A stretch of 64,000 bases of DNA from positions 1 through 64,000 of IMG/VR virus record IMGVR_UViG_3300034101_006325. One strand, 5' to 3'. Below the pieces are notes generated by a model, which worked only from the letters and a program-made list of their open reading frames with translations, was not told the DNA's origin and did no database searches. Shown here in pieces: positions 17,403 through 27,826 of the stretch (position 1 is the first letter of the stretch; each line of letters starts with the position of its first letter). The stretch is from a virus (Duplodnaviria; Caudoviricetes). A program made the position numbers and the translations under genes.

Positions 17403-18644
17403 TCAAAACTGTTCTTCTTCGGTGGAGCCGTGCAAAGCTAAAGTTGATGATTTCCCTGAAGTAATTACCTGCGAGACAGCATCAAAGTAACCCGTACCTA
17501 CTTCGCGCTGATGTTTTGTTGCTGTATATCCAATTTTTTCAGCATTAAATTCTGCCTGTTGCAATTCAGAATATGCAGCCATTCCGCGATCTTTATAGTC
17601 ATGTGCTAATTGATACATTGAATGATTGAGTGTATGGAAACCAGCAAGTGTGACGAACTGGAACTTGTAGCCCATTGCGCCTAATTCTCGCTGAAATTTT
17701 GTAATAGTAGAATCATCCAAGTTTTTCTTCCAATTAAATGAAGGTGAACAGTTGTATGCCAAAATTTTTCCTGGAAATTTTGAATGAATTGCTTCGGCAA
17801 ACATCTTCGCTTGCGTAAGATCTGGCGTTGAAGTTTCCATCCACAATACGTCTGCATATGGAGCATATGCAAGACCTCTTGCAATAGCTCTTTCAAGCCC
17901 TGTCCTGCATAGATAATGAAATCCTTCGGGCGTTCGTTGCTTAGTGGCCTCGATGTAATCATGATCGTATGGATCAATATCACTGGTAATAAGATTGGCT
18001 GAATCAGCATCTGTTCTTGCAATGATAACCATCGGTACATCCATGACATCAGCGGCCAGGCGTGCTGCTGTAAGTGTTCTAATAAACTGTGATGTTGGAA
18101 CCAGAACTTTACCGCCCATGTGGCCACACTTCTTTTCGGACGCAAGCTGATCTTCAAAATGAACTCCGGCCGCGCCAGCTTCAATTAAGGATTTTGTAAG
18201 TTCAAATACATTTAGAGGACCTCCAAAACCTGCTTCTGCATCCGCAACAATAGGCGCAAACCAATCGACATTGTTTTTTCCTTCTGCGTGATCAATTTGA
18301 TCTGCACGTTGAAGCGCATTATTGATGCGTCGAACAACTGAAGGGACGCTGTTTACTGGGTACAGACTTTGATCAGGATACATTTCGCCGGCAAGATTTG
18401 CGTCTGCGGCCACCTGCCAGCCTGAAAGATATATGGCTTTAAGGCCGGCTTTTACTTGTTGTACGGCTTGATTGCCCGTAAGTGCGCCAAGGGCTGCAAC
18501 ATAATCTTTATTGTGCATTAATTCCCAAAGCTTTTTTGCACCATTTTCTGCAAGTGTATGTTGTATTTTAATTGATCCACGAAGACGATTAACATCTTCG
18601 TTAGTATAATTTCTAACGATGTCCTTAAATCTCAAATTTTCCAT
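17403..18644 (-). CDS. aceA: isocitrate lyase
   Basis: [17 protein letters not shown], catalytic [29 protein letters not shown]. Confidence 0.97.
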   Translation of the reverse strand: MENLRFKDIVRNYTNEDVNRLRGSIKIQHTLAENGAKKLWELMHNKDYVAALGALTGNQAVQQVKAGLKAIYLSGWQVAADANLAGEMYPDQSLYPVNSVPSVVRRINNALQRADQIDHAEGKNNVDWFAPIVADAEAGFGGPLNVFELTKSLIEAGAAGVHFEDQLASEKKCGHMGGKVLVPTSQFIRTLTAARLAADVMDVPMVIIARTDADSANLITSDIDPYDHDYIEATKQRTPEGFHYLCRTGLERAIARGLAYAPYADVLWMETSTPDLTQAKMFAEAIHSKFPGKILAYNCSPSFNWKKNLDDSTITKFQRELGAMGYKFQFVTLAGFHTLNHSMYQLAHDYKDRGMAAYSELQQAEFNAEKIGYTATKHQREVGTGYFDAVSQVITSGKSSTLALHGSTEEEQF

Positions 18645-18652
18645 TATAATCC

Positions 18653-19072
18653 TTAAGCTATAATTGCTGATTTTAACCTGGCAACTGTACCATCGGGTAA
18701 TGTAACAAGATCTACATCATCATCACTTTGAATTTTTGCTTGTGGTAATTCATGTATTTCTTGTTCATTTACTTGCGATTCCATGCTATACCAATTCTTG
18801 GCATTTTGAACCGCATTTTGAATAATTCGATCTATCTGACTTGTTGCTCTTTCGACAAGAACAGTTCGAGCATCTTCTGATGACTCAAAGATCTCTCCTT
18901 CAACTTGATTTAACATCACTTTGGAATTGAGATCTTCTCCTGACTGTAGGACATAATTGACTTCTTCACCTTTGAGTGTTTTCTTAGTAATTTCTTCAAC
19001 AACACACATCGGGTAAACTTGACCTTTTTTTGAAAGGATAATATAAATAATTTGTCCTACACTATAAGACAT
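18653..19072 (-). CDS. hypothetical protein
   Basis: 139 aa, YSVGQIIY...[10 protein letters not shown]. Confidence 0.7.
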   Translation of the reverse strand: MSYSVGQIIYIILSKKGQVYPMCVVEEITKKTLKGEEVNYVLQSGEDLNSKVMLNQVEGEIFESSEDARTVLVERATSQIDRIIQNAVQNAKNWYSMESQVNEQEIHELPQAKIQSDDDVDLVTLPDGTVARLKSAIIA

Positions 19073-19473
19073 CAGTCATCTCCCTCGTCATCGTCTTCTA
19101 CGTCATCTTCTTGCTGATCTTCATCAGGTAAAAATCCAATTCCCTCCTCAACTGGACTTTCACCAGCCAAATCATGATTTACATGAAAAACACCAAGCTT
19201 TGGTGAAGTGATTGGCGCAATAATATAGTCTGGTGCCTCTGAATCAGTAGGTAAACCTGCAGATTCGCAGAGAGAAGAAAGTTTGGTCCATAGCATGGAT
19301 TCTATTAAATTTCTTCCTTCAAGTTCTGCTAAAGATTGTGAAAGCGTTTGCTGCCCGTCAGGTGGCAAAAGAAGACTCATTAGATCACGCAAATGAAGTA
19401 ATTCAAATTTAGTTAAGTTAAGATCAAATGTCTTCTGACGATGAATTTTTGGTTTCTTTTCTGTTTTCTTCAT
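19072..19473 (-). CDS. hypothetical protein
   Basis: 133 aa with acidic tail. Confidence 0.65.
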   Translation of the reverse strand: MKKTEKKPKIHRQKTFDLNLTKFELLHLRDLMSLLLPPDGQQTLSQSLAELEGRNLIESMLWTKLSSLCESAGLPTDSEAPDYIIAPITSPKLGVFHVNHDLAGESPVEEGIGFLPDEDQQEDDVEDDDEGDD

Positions 19474-19772
19474 TGCTGACTCATTTCTAGTGTTGTTTCT
19501 GGCTCGAGAACTTCCATGAACAAATCAAAAGTGTCTCTGTGCTCAACACCTTGTTTGATCTTAACGACTTTCATTGCAGCTTGCAGAACTTTAAGATCGA
19601 GCTTTTCTGAATATTCTTCGATAAGTTCTTTGCGATCAGACTTAAGCAGTTCAATTTCATTATCAACTGACTCAATCTTTAACACAAACTCCTTGACCAA
19701 GGAACGTAATGTATTCAACTCGTCCGGCTGAAGTTCTGCAACATTATACTGTTTTTGTTGGCGTCTTCTCAT
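19470..19772 (-). CDS. DsbA/GapR (DUF2312)-like dsDNA-binding protein
   Basis: L..F..KIE....EI..LK.DRKE......LD.KVL..AMK coiled-coil pattern. Confidence 0.65.
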   Translation of the reverse strand: MRRRQQKQYNVAELQPDELNTLRSLVKEFVLKIESVDNEIELLKSDRKELIEEYSEKLDLKVLQAAMKVVKIKQGVEHRDTFDLFMEVLEPETTLEMSQQ

Positions 19773-19805
19773 GCTGTATATGATACAACATAATTTGACA
19801 ATTGT

Positions 19806-20879
19806 TCAGGCTGGTCCTTGACTGCTCTTGACTTTTGAATGAAGCTGCTGAAGTTTTTGAATTAATCCGTCAATTTTTGTTTTGGCTTCGGGAGAATCTT
19901 TTGTATCGATCTTCTTCAATGAACCAATTTTGGTCATAATCATATTCAACGCAGGACCTTGTAAAGATGGCCAAGCAAGCTTTGGAATATTATCTAACAC
20001 TTTAAGTGCTTCGGCTTTGTCAGCATCTGACAATTTTTTTGCATCTGCTTCTTTTTCAATTTCTGCTTTTAATTTTTCTTTTATCTTAGGGTCCTCAAGT
20101 TTTTGTCTTAGGTCGCCTAAATCACCTTTCATGAGAGACTCTGCTTGTTTTACTATATCTTCAACAGAAGAGTCAAGATTATCTATGAGAGCTGTAGTGA
20201 TTGGTTTTAGCTTTGAAACAATTGCGTCTCTATATTTCTCAACATCACTGGCGAGCTTTTCAACATCTACTTCTGCTTCATATAAGAGATAACCTTTTTG
20301 CATCCAATAACTTTTGGTCTCTGTTTTAATGCCAAGAACATCCTTAAGACCGCCATAGAGTTCGCTGACAGTCTGTGGTGCTTTTTTGGCAGCTGCAGCA
20401 GTCAAATAGGCTCCTGGGCTTAAAAAGAATGCCATCACTTTTGCATCTGAGCCTAACGATTGAGACACTCTGTCATAAACTGTCCCATATTTGCCTTCAA
20501 TCTGCTTGATAGCCGCTCTATCTTTTGCAAAAATTTTATCAAATGATGCGTCTACTGTTGGAATTAGTGTAGAAGCTATGGTTCCTAAAACAGTCTTGAA
20601 TAAAGTCGAACCTTTTTGAAGAATTTTAAGAGCGCCACCCTTTAAAGCCTTCGTGATGTCGCCAAAACCAGCAAATAAAGAAGAAAGCTTAGCACCACCA
20701 GTTATGTCGCCTTCTCCTGTACCCGAAGCGTAACCTTGTCCCCAGTCCTCTTTAAGAAGTACTTCGGAAACAATGTCATAATTTTCAGTTTCTTTCATTG
20801 TTTCAAGAAGAGCAATTTCTTCTTTAATGATCTGTCTAATGCTTTCTTTCAAAATCTTTTTAGGGTCAGTACGGTTCAT
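19806..20879 (-). CDS. hypothetical helical protein with IRQIIKEE leader, candidate virion internal protein
   Basis: LKESIRQIIKEEIALLE...LLKE; start 20879 behind ATATTTA/AGGTGG. Confidence 0.7.
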   Translation of the reverse strand: MNRTDPKKILKESIRQIIKEEIALLETMKETENYDIVSEVLLKEDWGQGYASGTGEGDITGGAKLSSLFAGFGDITKALKGGALKILQKGSTLFKTVLGTIASTLIPTVDASFDKIFAKDRAAIKQIEGKYGTVYDRVSQSLGSDAKVMAFFLSPGAYLTAAAAKKAPQTVSELYGGLKDVLGIKTETKSYWMQKGYLLYEAEVDVEKLASDVEKYRDAIVSKLKPITTALIDNLDSSVEDIVKQAESLMKGDLGDLRQKLEDPKIKEKLKAEIEKEADAKKLSDADKAEALKVLDNIPKLAWPSLQGPALNMIMTKIGSLKKIDTKDSPEAKTKIDGLIQKLQQLHSKVKSSQGPA

Positions 20880-20963
20880 AATTACCACCTTAAATATACT
20901 AAAAACAAAGACCTTGAATCTATGCTACAAATAAGTTTGGTAAATAGACACAAAACAAACTGT

Positions 20964-22181
20964 TCAAAATTGATCAGTGCTGATTGGCGACTTATACCTA
21001 AAAAGACCTAGAATCTGGTTTAAACTTGAAAAGCTGCCGGTAAATTTATAAGCATCGCCCTTCCAAAAAAATACGATTCCTTCCACGGGGGTATTGATGT
21101 TGTTTACTGACTTAAGTCTGTGCATCTGTTCTTTGAGGACCTGCATCGATTTTTCATCTCCGCTTTTTTTAATTTTTGTAATTGCATGAGTTACTTCTTC
21201 GCGGAGGCGTCTGACTTCAGCATCGTTGTCGCTTATCAGCGTGGACTTTAAACCTTTCAATAGATCAACAGCAAAATCATTGATTGCTGATTCAATAGGA
21301 CGAACATACGTCTTGAGCAGTACAGGTGAATTCTTTACAAATTCTGTGACCAATTCATGTTTTGATTTGTCGCAATTTTTTCTAATGTCAACCAAGGTCG
21401 GCGCGCCATCTTCTTTTAAACATCTCTCAAACAACATGCGAGAAGTTTTCTTTGAAAGACAAAGTTTTGAAATATCGTCTTCGAGCAGAGAGCCCATGTA
21501 TTGTTTGAGAGTTGCATTATCATCGACCTGCGCTGCGAGGGCGGCCGCATCAATCCGCTTGATTGCATTTTCTAGGACACTGCCATCGTGAATCTTGGCG
21601 AGATTTAGGACCGTTGGACCCATTATCTGCCAGCCATTTAAGGCTGACGATCTTTTCATTCTGTCAATGTTCTTGGTAAGCAATGAAGCTGTTGATCGGT
21701 CCTCGACGAGGTGAACTGTGCCATTTTCGATCTCAAATACTGGCCACTCATGGAAGACTATGTTGTTGTTGTCATAGTTGACGACGTTCGGATTTTTTGT
21801 ATAAATTACTTCGATGGAACACCAACGATTGCCCGATGGGCCAAACACTTTCTCTAAAGTTTGTTCAGACAAAGTTCCAAGGGCACTCTTCAAAATTTGA
21901 AACGCCGACGTGAATGCTGCATGTAAATTTTCTCTACCGGCAAATTTATTGGCCAGACTTTCCGAGGTAAGACCTCCAGACTTAATGTCTCCTGTGGCTC
22001 GTGCGACGCGGAGGTCATTTTCTTCTAGATTCCAAGTGAAAACTAGGTTCAATCCATCCAATTTCTCCGAAGAATTTTGTAGCCTACCACTGGCCGCACT
22101 TTCAAGGATTTTCTTAATTTCACCCAGCGTGAGATTGTGATTTTCGTACAAATGCTGCAGATGTCCAGCGGCGCCGCCCAT
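20964..22181 (-). CDS. conserved large-phage protein with ligase-type nucleotidyltransferase motifs
   Basis: MGGAAGHLQH start; EKLDG (motif I), EGIVF (IV), YKFTG (V). Confidence 0.6.
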   Translation of the reverse strand: MGGAAGHLQHLYENHNLTLGEIKKILESAASGRLQNSSEKLDGLNLVFTWNLEENDLRVARATGDIKSGGLTSESLANKFAGRENLHAAFTSAFQILKSALGTLSEQTLEKVFGPSGNRWCSIEVIYTKNPNVVNYDNNNIVFHEWPVFEIENGTVHLVEDRSTASLLTKNIDRMKRSSALNGWQIMGPTVLNLAKIHDGSVLENAIKRIDAAALAAQVDDNATLKQYMGSLLEDDISKLCLSKKTSRMLFERCLKEDGAPTLVDIRKNCDKSKHELVTEFVKNSPVLLKTYVRPIESAINDFAVDLLKGLKSTLISDNDAEVRRLREEVTHAITKIKKSGDEKSMQVLKEQMHRLKSVNNINTPVEGIVFFWKGDAYKFTGSFSSLNQILGLFRYKSPISTDQF

Positions 22182-22183
22182 GT

Positions 22184-22474
22184 TTAAATTCCTTCTGTCG
22201 TTTGTTTTTCTTGCAATCTTCGTTTTTCGGCCGACTTTTTTGCAGAATTCAACTCGGATCTCAATCTTGACTCAACGCGTCTATAATCTGCCCGAGCGCT
22301 TGAGCCTCTTGGATGCTTGGATTTTCTATGTTGAATTTCTGCTAATTGGCTCTCAAGAGCCGCGACATGTTCGTCAGATCCCCACTCGAGGACTGTTCCG
22401 TCTGAAAGTTGAAATTCTCTGAGTTTTTTCTCAACCAACAACTTAACAAATTCTACGAGTGTTGAATTCTTCAT
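22184..22474 (-). CDS. hypothetical protein
   Basis: 96 aa, LVEFVKLLVE leader. Confidence 0.65.
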   Translation of the reverse strand: MKNSTLVEFVKLLVEKKLREFQLSDGTVLEWGSDEHVAALESQLAEIQHRKSKHPRGSSARADYRRVESRLRSELNSAKKSAEKRRLQEKQTTEGI

Positions 22475-22674
22475 AACTTTTCCTTCTCGGCTTTTTCTAT
22501 TGCATTTTTAAATGCACCCCAAACATACATTCTGATGTGATCATTACCGACCTCATCGGTGGAATCTAGATTAAAGTGTTCCTTCAATACCTTCAAAAAT
22601 TTAGGAGTCACATCGACTTCAAGTGTTCCACCTTTTGGAAGAGGAATGTTCTTTTTTATAATTTCATTTTCCAT
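22471..22674 (-). CDS. hypothetical protein
   Basis: 67 aa; TG-T-TATAGT lies 6 nt upstream. Confidence 0.7.
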   Translation of the reverse strand: MENEIIKKNIPLPKGGTLEVDVTPKFLKVLKEHFNLDSTDEVGNDHIRMYVWGAFKNAIEKAEKEKL

Positions 22675-22711
22675 GAATCAACTATAACACAAGAATTAAA
22701 TTTTTACATCG

Positions 22712-23203
22712 TCACTTCTTTGGACTAATTGGAACGGGGCCAGAAGTGTCTTCCTTGCCTGCTTTTTTCGATGCTAAAGTCGACAGCTTTGTTTTAACAA
22801 CAATCTTCTCAGGAGATGTTTTTTCCATTTTAACACCGACAGGTTTGTCGCTTGGATCAACAGCAGCATCGGGCGAAACCTCACCTGTCACAATTTGAGA
22901 AATTCCTTTTAAGAAGGCGCCGAGGGCTGTCCTTTCGGTCTCAGAAAGATCGCTGACATACTTGGTCAAGTTTGCCATTATTTTGCTATCCTTAAAGGAA
23001 CGTCCGGAACGTATGGAGTTCAACTTTTCAACAACATCCCCGATGTCAACTTGACCTTTCTTTAGTTTTTCAACGTCCGCATCGACGCTTTTGGGTTTGT
23101 CAGCCTCAGCAAGCTTCCTCCCGCTTTTAGCAGTATCAAGTGATTCATTTATAATTTTTTTCAAATAATCGTCAAGAGACACTTTTTTGGTAGACATTGT
23201 CAC
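22712..23203 (-). CDS. hypothetical protein with YLKKIINE leader
   Basis: 163 aa. Confidence 0.7.
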   Translation of the reverse strand: MTMSTKKVSLDDYLKKIINESLDTAKSGRKLAEADKPKSVDADVEKLKKGQVDIGDVVEKLNSIRSGRSFKDSKIMANLTKYVSDLSETERTALGAFLKGISQIVTGEVSPDAAVDPSDKPVGVKMEKTSPEKIVVKTKLSTLASKKAGKEDTSGPVPISPKK

Positions 23204-23607
23204 ATTCCTTGTTGCTTAATTAGGTCGATCGCCAGCACACAAACTTTTGAGTTTGCATCCAGCTCAACAATTTTGACGGATGCAGCATGAAATGACCCTT
23301 CAATATGTGTAGAATTATCACCATACGCGAGAATAATCCCTGGAATTAATTTGGATATTCTATTGGTCAAGATTTTTGAAACAAATACGTAGGCATCTTC
23401 AATTGATACCTTCATATCTATTTTTATATTTTCTTCAAGCTGTACGCCTACCAGCGAACCTATCAAGGCATCGGACTTTTCTTGCGAAAGAACAACAATG
23501 CTAATGAAAGATTCCTGGTACGCCTTTGCAATATCTTCTTCTTCCTGCAAAACATTTTGCAGGTCTTCGCTCATCAGCTCTCTTGGGTCAGAATCTTGTA
23601 TAAACAT
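23200..23607 (-). CDS. hypothetical protein
   Basis: 135 aa, coupled to neighbours. Confidence 0.65.
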   Translation of the reverse strand: MFIQDSDPRELMSEDLQNVLQEEEDIAKAYQESFISIVVLSQEKSDALIGSLVGVQLEENIKIDMKVSIEDAYVFVSKILTNRISKLIPGIILAYGDNSTHIEGSFHAASVKIVELDANSKVCVLAIDLIKQQGM

Positions 23608-23987
23608 TACTTGGTTTTTACACCGTAGACAACATCTTTGTATAAAAGATCTGCAAATTTTGCGTATTCTTTGTCAAGGTCAGTAATTTGCTCTATATCT
23701 TTTGTGTATAAAGTAATCGACACTGTTCCTTCGTCAATATTCAAATTTGAATTGTGCTGAGTCTCAATTTCATATTCAAATAACTTTTTAACAAAAAAGT
23801 TTCTCAGCTCGTTATCAAAAAACTTAAAAGTTTTTTTCATTCTCACAGGATCTTTGGTAGTCTCCCACCTGTCGACAGGAACAATTGCAACATCGCCTTT
23901 GACAGGTCGTATGGGCAATCGACCGAATGTCATAGGCCGTCGTGCGTGGTCAATAAATTCTTCATGCAATCGTTGTAGTTGTTTCAT
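23607..23987 (-). CDS. pterin-4a-carbinolamine dehydratase-like protein
   Basis: W..., KTFKF...FV......E...H.......GTV.I.LYT.....IT.LD...A..AD. Confidence 0.7.
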   Translation of the reverse strand: MKQLQRLHEEFIDHARRPMTFGRLPIRPVKGDVAIVPVDRWETTKDPVRMKKTFKFFDNELRNFFVKKLFEYEIETQHNSNLNIDEGTVSITLYTKDIEQITDLDKEYAKFADLLYKDVVYGVKTK

Positions 23988-24745
23988 AAAAGCACTATTC
24001 CACCTACGACCGAAGACTCATTAAAAGAAGACCCGTTAGTCCAAACTTTCCTTGATCTATCAATTATGCACGAGCCACCTTTAAATTTAAGGTCTCTTTC
24101 TTTGCCAACGCGATTTGATACAATCACATTTGCACCTGTTTCTTCAGAAAGTTCAAGCCAACTGTTATCAGGATAACCATAGTCTACACCCCAATTTGTG
24201 AGCAATGCGATGGTATCCACCGATCCTTTTTTATAGAATCTTGATTCAGATTTATAAAATCTATATGAGGATCTATAATTGTTCATCACGTCACCGCAAA
24301 TTAAAACGCCTAAACGACCTGCAGGAGTAATAACGACAGGAGATAGACCTTCGCCAGGCGTCGCCCATAAAGCGTCTGATCCCCACAAATTGTGCTTTTG
24401 AGTATTAGCAATCACACCAGCGTTGCCCACAACGGCGGCAGAATTGTAAAAGTTTCCTTCACAAAGCTCTACGTAACCAAATACAATTTGACATCCAAAG
24501 CGCCGGGCGAGTGGAATAAATGCTTCTGTTTGATATCCATCTCTACATTGAGCAACTTCCATTGCCTCAGTTTTGTTACGTAGAACTTGTCCACTCAAAC
24601 AAAGCTCAGGCAAGACAATAATTTTCGCTCCTTTGGCAGCAGCTTCAAAGACAAGCTGTTTTGCAACTTCAATGTTTTTATGAACATCAAGAAGCTTTGG
24701 CGCAAATTGTACCGCAGCAACGATTGTCTTGCCTAATTCAAACAT
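23984..24745 (-). CDS. carbon-nitrogen hydrolase (nitrilase family)
   Basis: VLPEL (E), QKHNL (K), LICGD (C) triad. Confidence 0.85.
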   Translation of the reverse strand: MFELGKTIVAAVQFAPKLLDVHKNIEVAKQLVFEAAAKGAKIIVLPELCLSGQVLRNKTEAMEVAQCRDGYQTEAFIPLARRFGCQIVFGYVELCEGNFYNSAAVVGNAGVIANTQKHNLWGSDALWATPGEGLSPVVITPAGRLGVLICGDVMNNYRSSYRFYKSESRFYKKGSVDTIALLTNWGVDYGYPDNSWLELSEETGANVIVSNRVGKERDLKFKGGSCIIDRSRKVWTNGSSFNESSVVGGIVLL

Positions 24746-24753
24746 TTTTACTC

Positions 24754-26316
24754 TCAGTTCTGTTCAAGAAGATACTTTTGAAAAATATCAAGTTCTAATA
24801 CCATCTTAGGATTAAGCTTTAAAACCTTGATGTCACTGTGTGAAAGTGCTCCTTCGTTAAGGGCTTTTTGCAAGAAATTATCAAAAATCTTAGATTCTTT
24901 CTTGTCCTCTTTTTCAGAAGCTGTTTCTTCGTAGCTCTTTTGCCCCTTGCTAAACCAATCCTTGAACTGTTTGCTCTTAAGGACAATTTCAAGCTGTGGG
25001 GATTTAAAGAAGTCAATGACATCAAGACTCAACTTTCGTCTATTAGTTACATCATTTGCCTTTGCCAGGTCTTTAGCAAAAAGATGAACCAAATCAGAGA
25101 CAAGAGCTAGATATCCCTCAGGATCATCCTTGACAAGCGCCTTTATTGCATCTCCACTCTTCTTTTTTGCCTTTTCAATTGATGATTCAATGCCACTTGG
25201 ATCGACATCTGCCTTAGTCTTTCCTTTCATTGCTCCTGCAAGCTGCTTTTCCTTAAATGCAAGTGCAGTCAAATTAGGTCTTTCTAGACGCGTGTAATAC
25301 AATTTTTGTAATTGACTCATTGTGCCATCAATCGTTGGATCCAAGTTTCTTGCTGGTGAAAGTGAATCCAAGTTTAATTGCCCTGTCGTTGAATCGGGAT
25401 TTAAAAATTTAAAAGCATTTGTCCCTGGAATTTTTGCTTGCTTTAAAAATTCAATGACTGTAAGAGTGTAGGGGTTTTCGACTGTTTCGCCCTTCTTGGT
25501 AGGATTAAAGAGTTTTTCTATGAACTGTTTAACTCCGCTCTCGCCGCTAAACTTATCGCCATAGAGTTTTTCTATCACATTTTCATTGAACTCAGAAAAT
25601 GTTCCGCTAGCAAGGCCTGTCACGTTCTTCTTTTCTTCTTCACCACCGCCGTCAGTATCGACATCTGATTTGTCCAGAGAAGCCACGTTTCTTTTATCAG
25701 CATCTGAAGCTGCGAATGGATTAGTTTGAGGAGCTTTGGTCCCAGAAGCACCGGGATCATACTTCTTTGGTACAACGCCTGCGGGATTCGTGACGGGTGT
25801 AGAATGTGCTAATTTTGACCTTAAATCTGCTTTTTGTGCTGCTGTCAAGCCTTTTTGTTTAAGCTCTTCTTCAGGATCAGGAACAGGTAATCTTTCGGGC
25901 AGTTTCATCCTGGGAGGTGGAACTGGCAGTGCTTCGGCTACAATGTTTTCTTCAATTATTTTTTTTACGATGTTCCTTACTGTCTCTTCAACACTCGTCT
26001 TTTCTTTTTTCATGTCTGACTTTCCTTTTTCGTCGGCGGCGGCGTCTTCAATCGCCTGTTTTATTGATTTATAAATTTTCGGTACATTGTCCTGAGGTAT
26101 TTCTGATGCCATAGAATTGAGAGCAACTTTTAACTCAACAGCAGAATCAGGCACGTAGTTAAGATTGCTTGGATCTGTTAATGCAGCGGACGGATCAACA
26201 ACAGGATTAACTTTTATCAGAGCTGGTCCTAATGCTTTGTCCTCCAATAAAACCTTAACAATTTGTCTTAATGTGGATTCTTTTATTGTATTTCCAAGCA
26301 TAATCTTTTTGCTCAC
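24754..26316 (-). CDS. large hypothetical protein with LRQIVKVLLE leader
   Basis: 520 aa; repeated LLE, IIEE, LNE motifs. Confidence 0.7.
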   Translation of the reverse strand: MSKKIMLGNTIKESTLRQIVKVLLEDKALGPALIKVNPVVDPSAALTDPSNLNYVPDSAVELKVALNSMASEIPQDNVPKIYKSIKQAIEDAAADEKGKSDMKKEKTSVEETVRNIVKKIIEENIVAEALPVPPPRMKLPERLPVPDPEEELKQKGLTAAQKADLRSKLAHSTPVTNPAGVVPKKYDPGASGTKAPQTNPFAASDADKRNVASLDKSDVDTDGGGEEEKKNVTGLASGTFSEFNENVIEKLYGDKFSGESGVKQFIEKLFNPTKKGETVENPYTLTVIEFLKQAKIPGTNAFKFLNPDSTTGQLNLDSLSPARNLDPTIDGTMSQLQKLYYTRLERPNLTALAFKEKQLAGAMKGKTKADVDPSGIESSIEKAKKKSGDAIKALVKDDPEGYLALVSDLVHLFAKDLAKANDVTNRRKLSLDVIDFFKSPQLEIVLKSKQFKDWFSKGQKSYEETASEKEDKKESKIFDNFLQKALNEGALSHSDIKVLKLNPKMVLELDIFQKYLLEQN

Positions 26317-26609
26317 TTGCTATTTGAAAATTTCGCATCAGTCCAGCGGCGGCCCATGTACGTCGTAAGTAAAGGAATTAAATAGGCTGAACATGCACCT
26401 GCGTCAAAAGGTCGTATGACGACAGATCCAATTGATTCAAAAATAGACGCAACATATGCAACAGTTGTTACAGTAAATGCAACTGTTAAGAATGTAATTG
26501 TTGCAGATGCTTCTCCTTTGCTATTTTTGATCCAAAACCACGAAGGCTTTACTTTTTCTAGCTGATCAGCAGCTGGCATCTTAGTATCAGTCGAAGATTC
26601 TTCTGCCAT
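26313..26609 (-). CDS. small two-TM membrane protein (holin-like)
   Basis: 98 aa, two hydrophobic segments, basic C-terminus. Confidence 0.55.
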   Translation of the reverse strand: MAEESSTDTKMPAADQLEKVKPSWFWIKNSKGEASATITFLTVAFTVTTVAYVASIFESIGSVVIRPFDAGACSAYLIPLLTTYMGRRWTDAKFSNSK

Positions 26610-26656
26610 AAAAACTCCCTTACCTCAGCCTAATTATAATGCTGGTAATGAAGTTT

Positions 26657-27172
26657 TTATTTCATTGCCTGAGAAACAGCAAAAGTTGTCAATACTGTAA
26701 CAGCAACTCCTCCTGCTGCACCAATCAGGGCCCACATGGCTGGATCTGTCTGCTGTTCTTTTTCTTTCTTGAGTTGATCATCATAAGCTTTAATTACTTT
26801 GTTTTGATCCTCAACTCTTGCTTCTAAGATAGATCTTTGCGCAGCTGCCTGTATTTGGAAATTATTTTTTTCATTTTTGCAGACTTCATTGGCTAAGTCA
26901 ACAGCCTCATCAACAGCAAGCTTTTTTTCTTTGTCAAAAGAATTCAACTTGGCTACCAAGAATGCAATAGCTTTGGGTGCGAGCAATACGCCTGTAAATG
27001 GAGCCTTTTGCGATAATTTCATAGGAGAAATTGCAAGTCCTGGATCTACTTCGCCTTCCGGCGTCTCCGTGCTAGGAATATCTAATTTTGTCGGTTGCTG
27101 ACAAAATACTGCTGAAGTATTAGTGATTAATGTTAATGCAAGCAATCCGGATACAATTTTTTTCATTTTCAA
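26657..27172 (-). CDS. signal peptide + coiled coil + C-terminal TM protein
   Basis: MKKIVSGLLALTLIT...; WALIGAAGGVAVTVL tail. Confidence 0.65.
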   Translation of the reverse strand: MKMKKIVSGLLALTLITNTSAVFCQQPTKLDIPSTETPEGEVDPGLAISPMKLSQKAPFTGVLLAPKAIAFLVAKLNSFDKEKKLAVDEAVDLANEVCKNEKNNFQIQAAAQRSILEARVEDQNKVIKAYDDQLKKEKEQQTDPAMWALIGAAGGVAVTVLTTFAVSQAMK

Positions 27173-27615
27173 TCCTTTGGCATGATTATTGTAAACCCGG
27201 TGACTTCTGAGAGTTTCTTTGCCAGCGCAACGGGATCATTTTTATTTTCTTTTATAATCTTGTCGGCTTCATCCTGTGTTTCAGAATCCAATTTTTCTCG
27301 AAGTCCTTCGTATTTATTTTTTATTTCTTCGACTGTTGCTTTGTGCCTGTTTGCTTCGCTTGTTAGTGCAGCTGTTTGCTGATCTTGAATTGTTGAAACA
27401 CTATCGGCAAAATCATCATGTGCTGTCTGTATTGTAGAAGACAAAGTGGAATCATCAGCAGACTTTTTCTTCTTAAAATAAATAATGGCAGCAATGGCTC
27501 CAATTCCTGCCAAAATAAATGCCCAAAATTTTTTAACAAAAAATTTAGCTTTTGACAAACCAGAAATTGAATTAATTTGGCTTTGAACTTTCTTTGTCTT
27601 TTGCAGCATAATCAA
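27169..27615 (-). CDS. N-terminal TM + coiled-coil protein (spanin-like)
   Basis: FWAFILAGIGAIAAIIYF then KKKK and a helical periplasmic part. Confidence 0.6.
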   Translation of the reverse strand: MIMLQKTKKVQSQINSISGLSKAKFFVKKFWAFILAGIGAIAAIIYFKKKKSADDSTLSSTIQTAHDDFADSVSTIQDQQTAALTSEANRHKATVEEIKNKYEGLREKLDSETQDEADKIIKENKNDPVALAKKLSEVTGFTIIMPKD

Positions 27616-27826
27616 AAATTATTGTCTGTTTGTGTAATTTGTAAAGATCAGCTATTGCTTTTTCATGCTTGTTTAATCTTTCATTCATTTGAACAGCAAG
27701 ATCTGCAATTTTTCTACTTTCATCAGCAAGCTTAACAATGTTTTCAACCAAAACATTAAAGATATCTGAAGATGAGATTGTTTTATCAACGAAAACATCA
27801 AGCAATAGTTTTAAACTATTTTTCAT
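27572..27826 (-). CDS. coiled-coil hypothetical protein
   Basis: 84 aa ORF. Confidence 0.6.
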   Translation of the reverse strand: MKNSLKLLLDVFVDKTISSSDIFNVLVENIVKLADESRKIADLAVQMNERLNKHEKAIADLYKLHKQTIIFDYAAKDKESSKPN

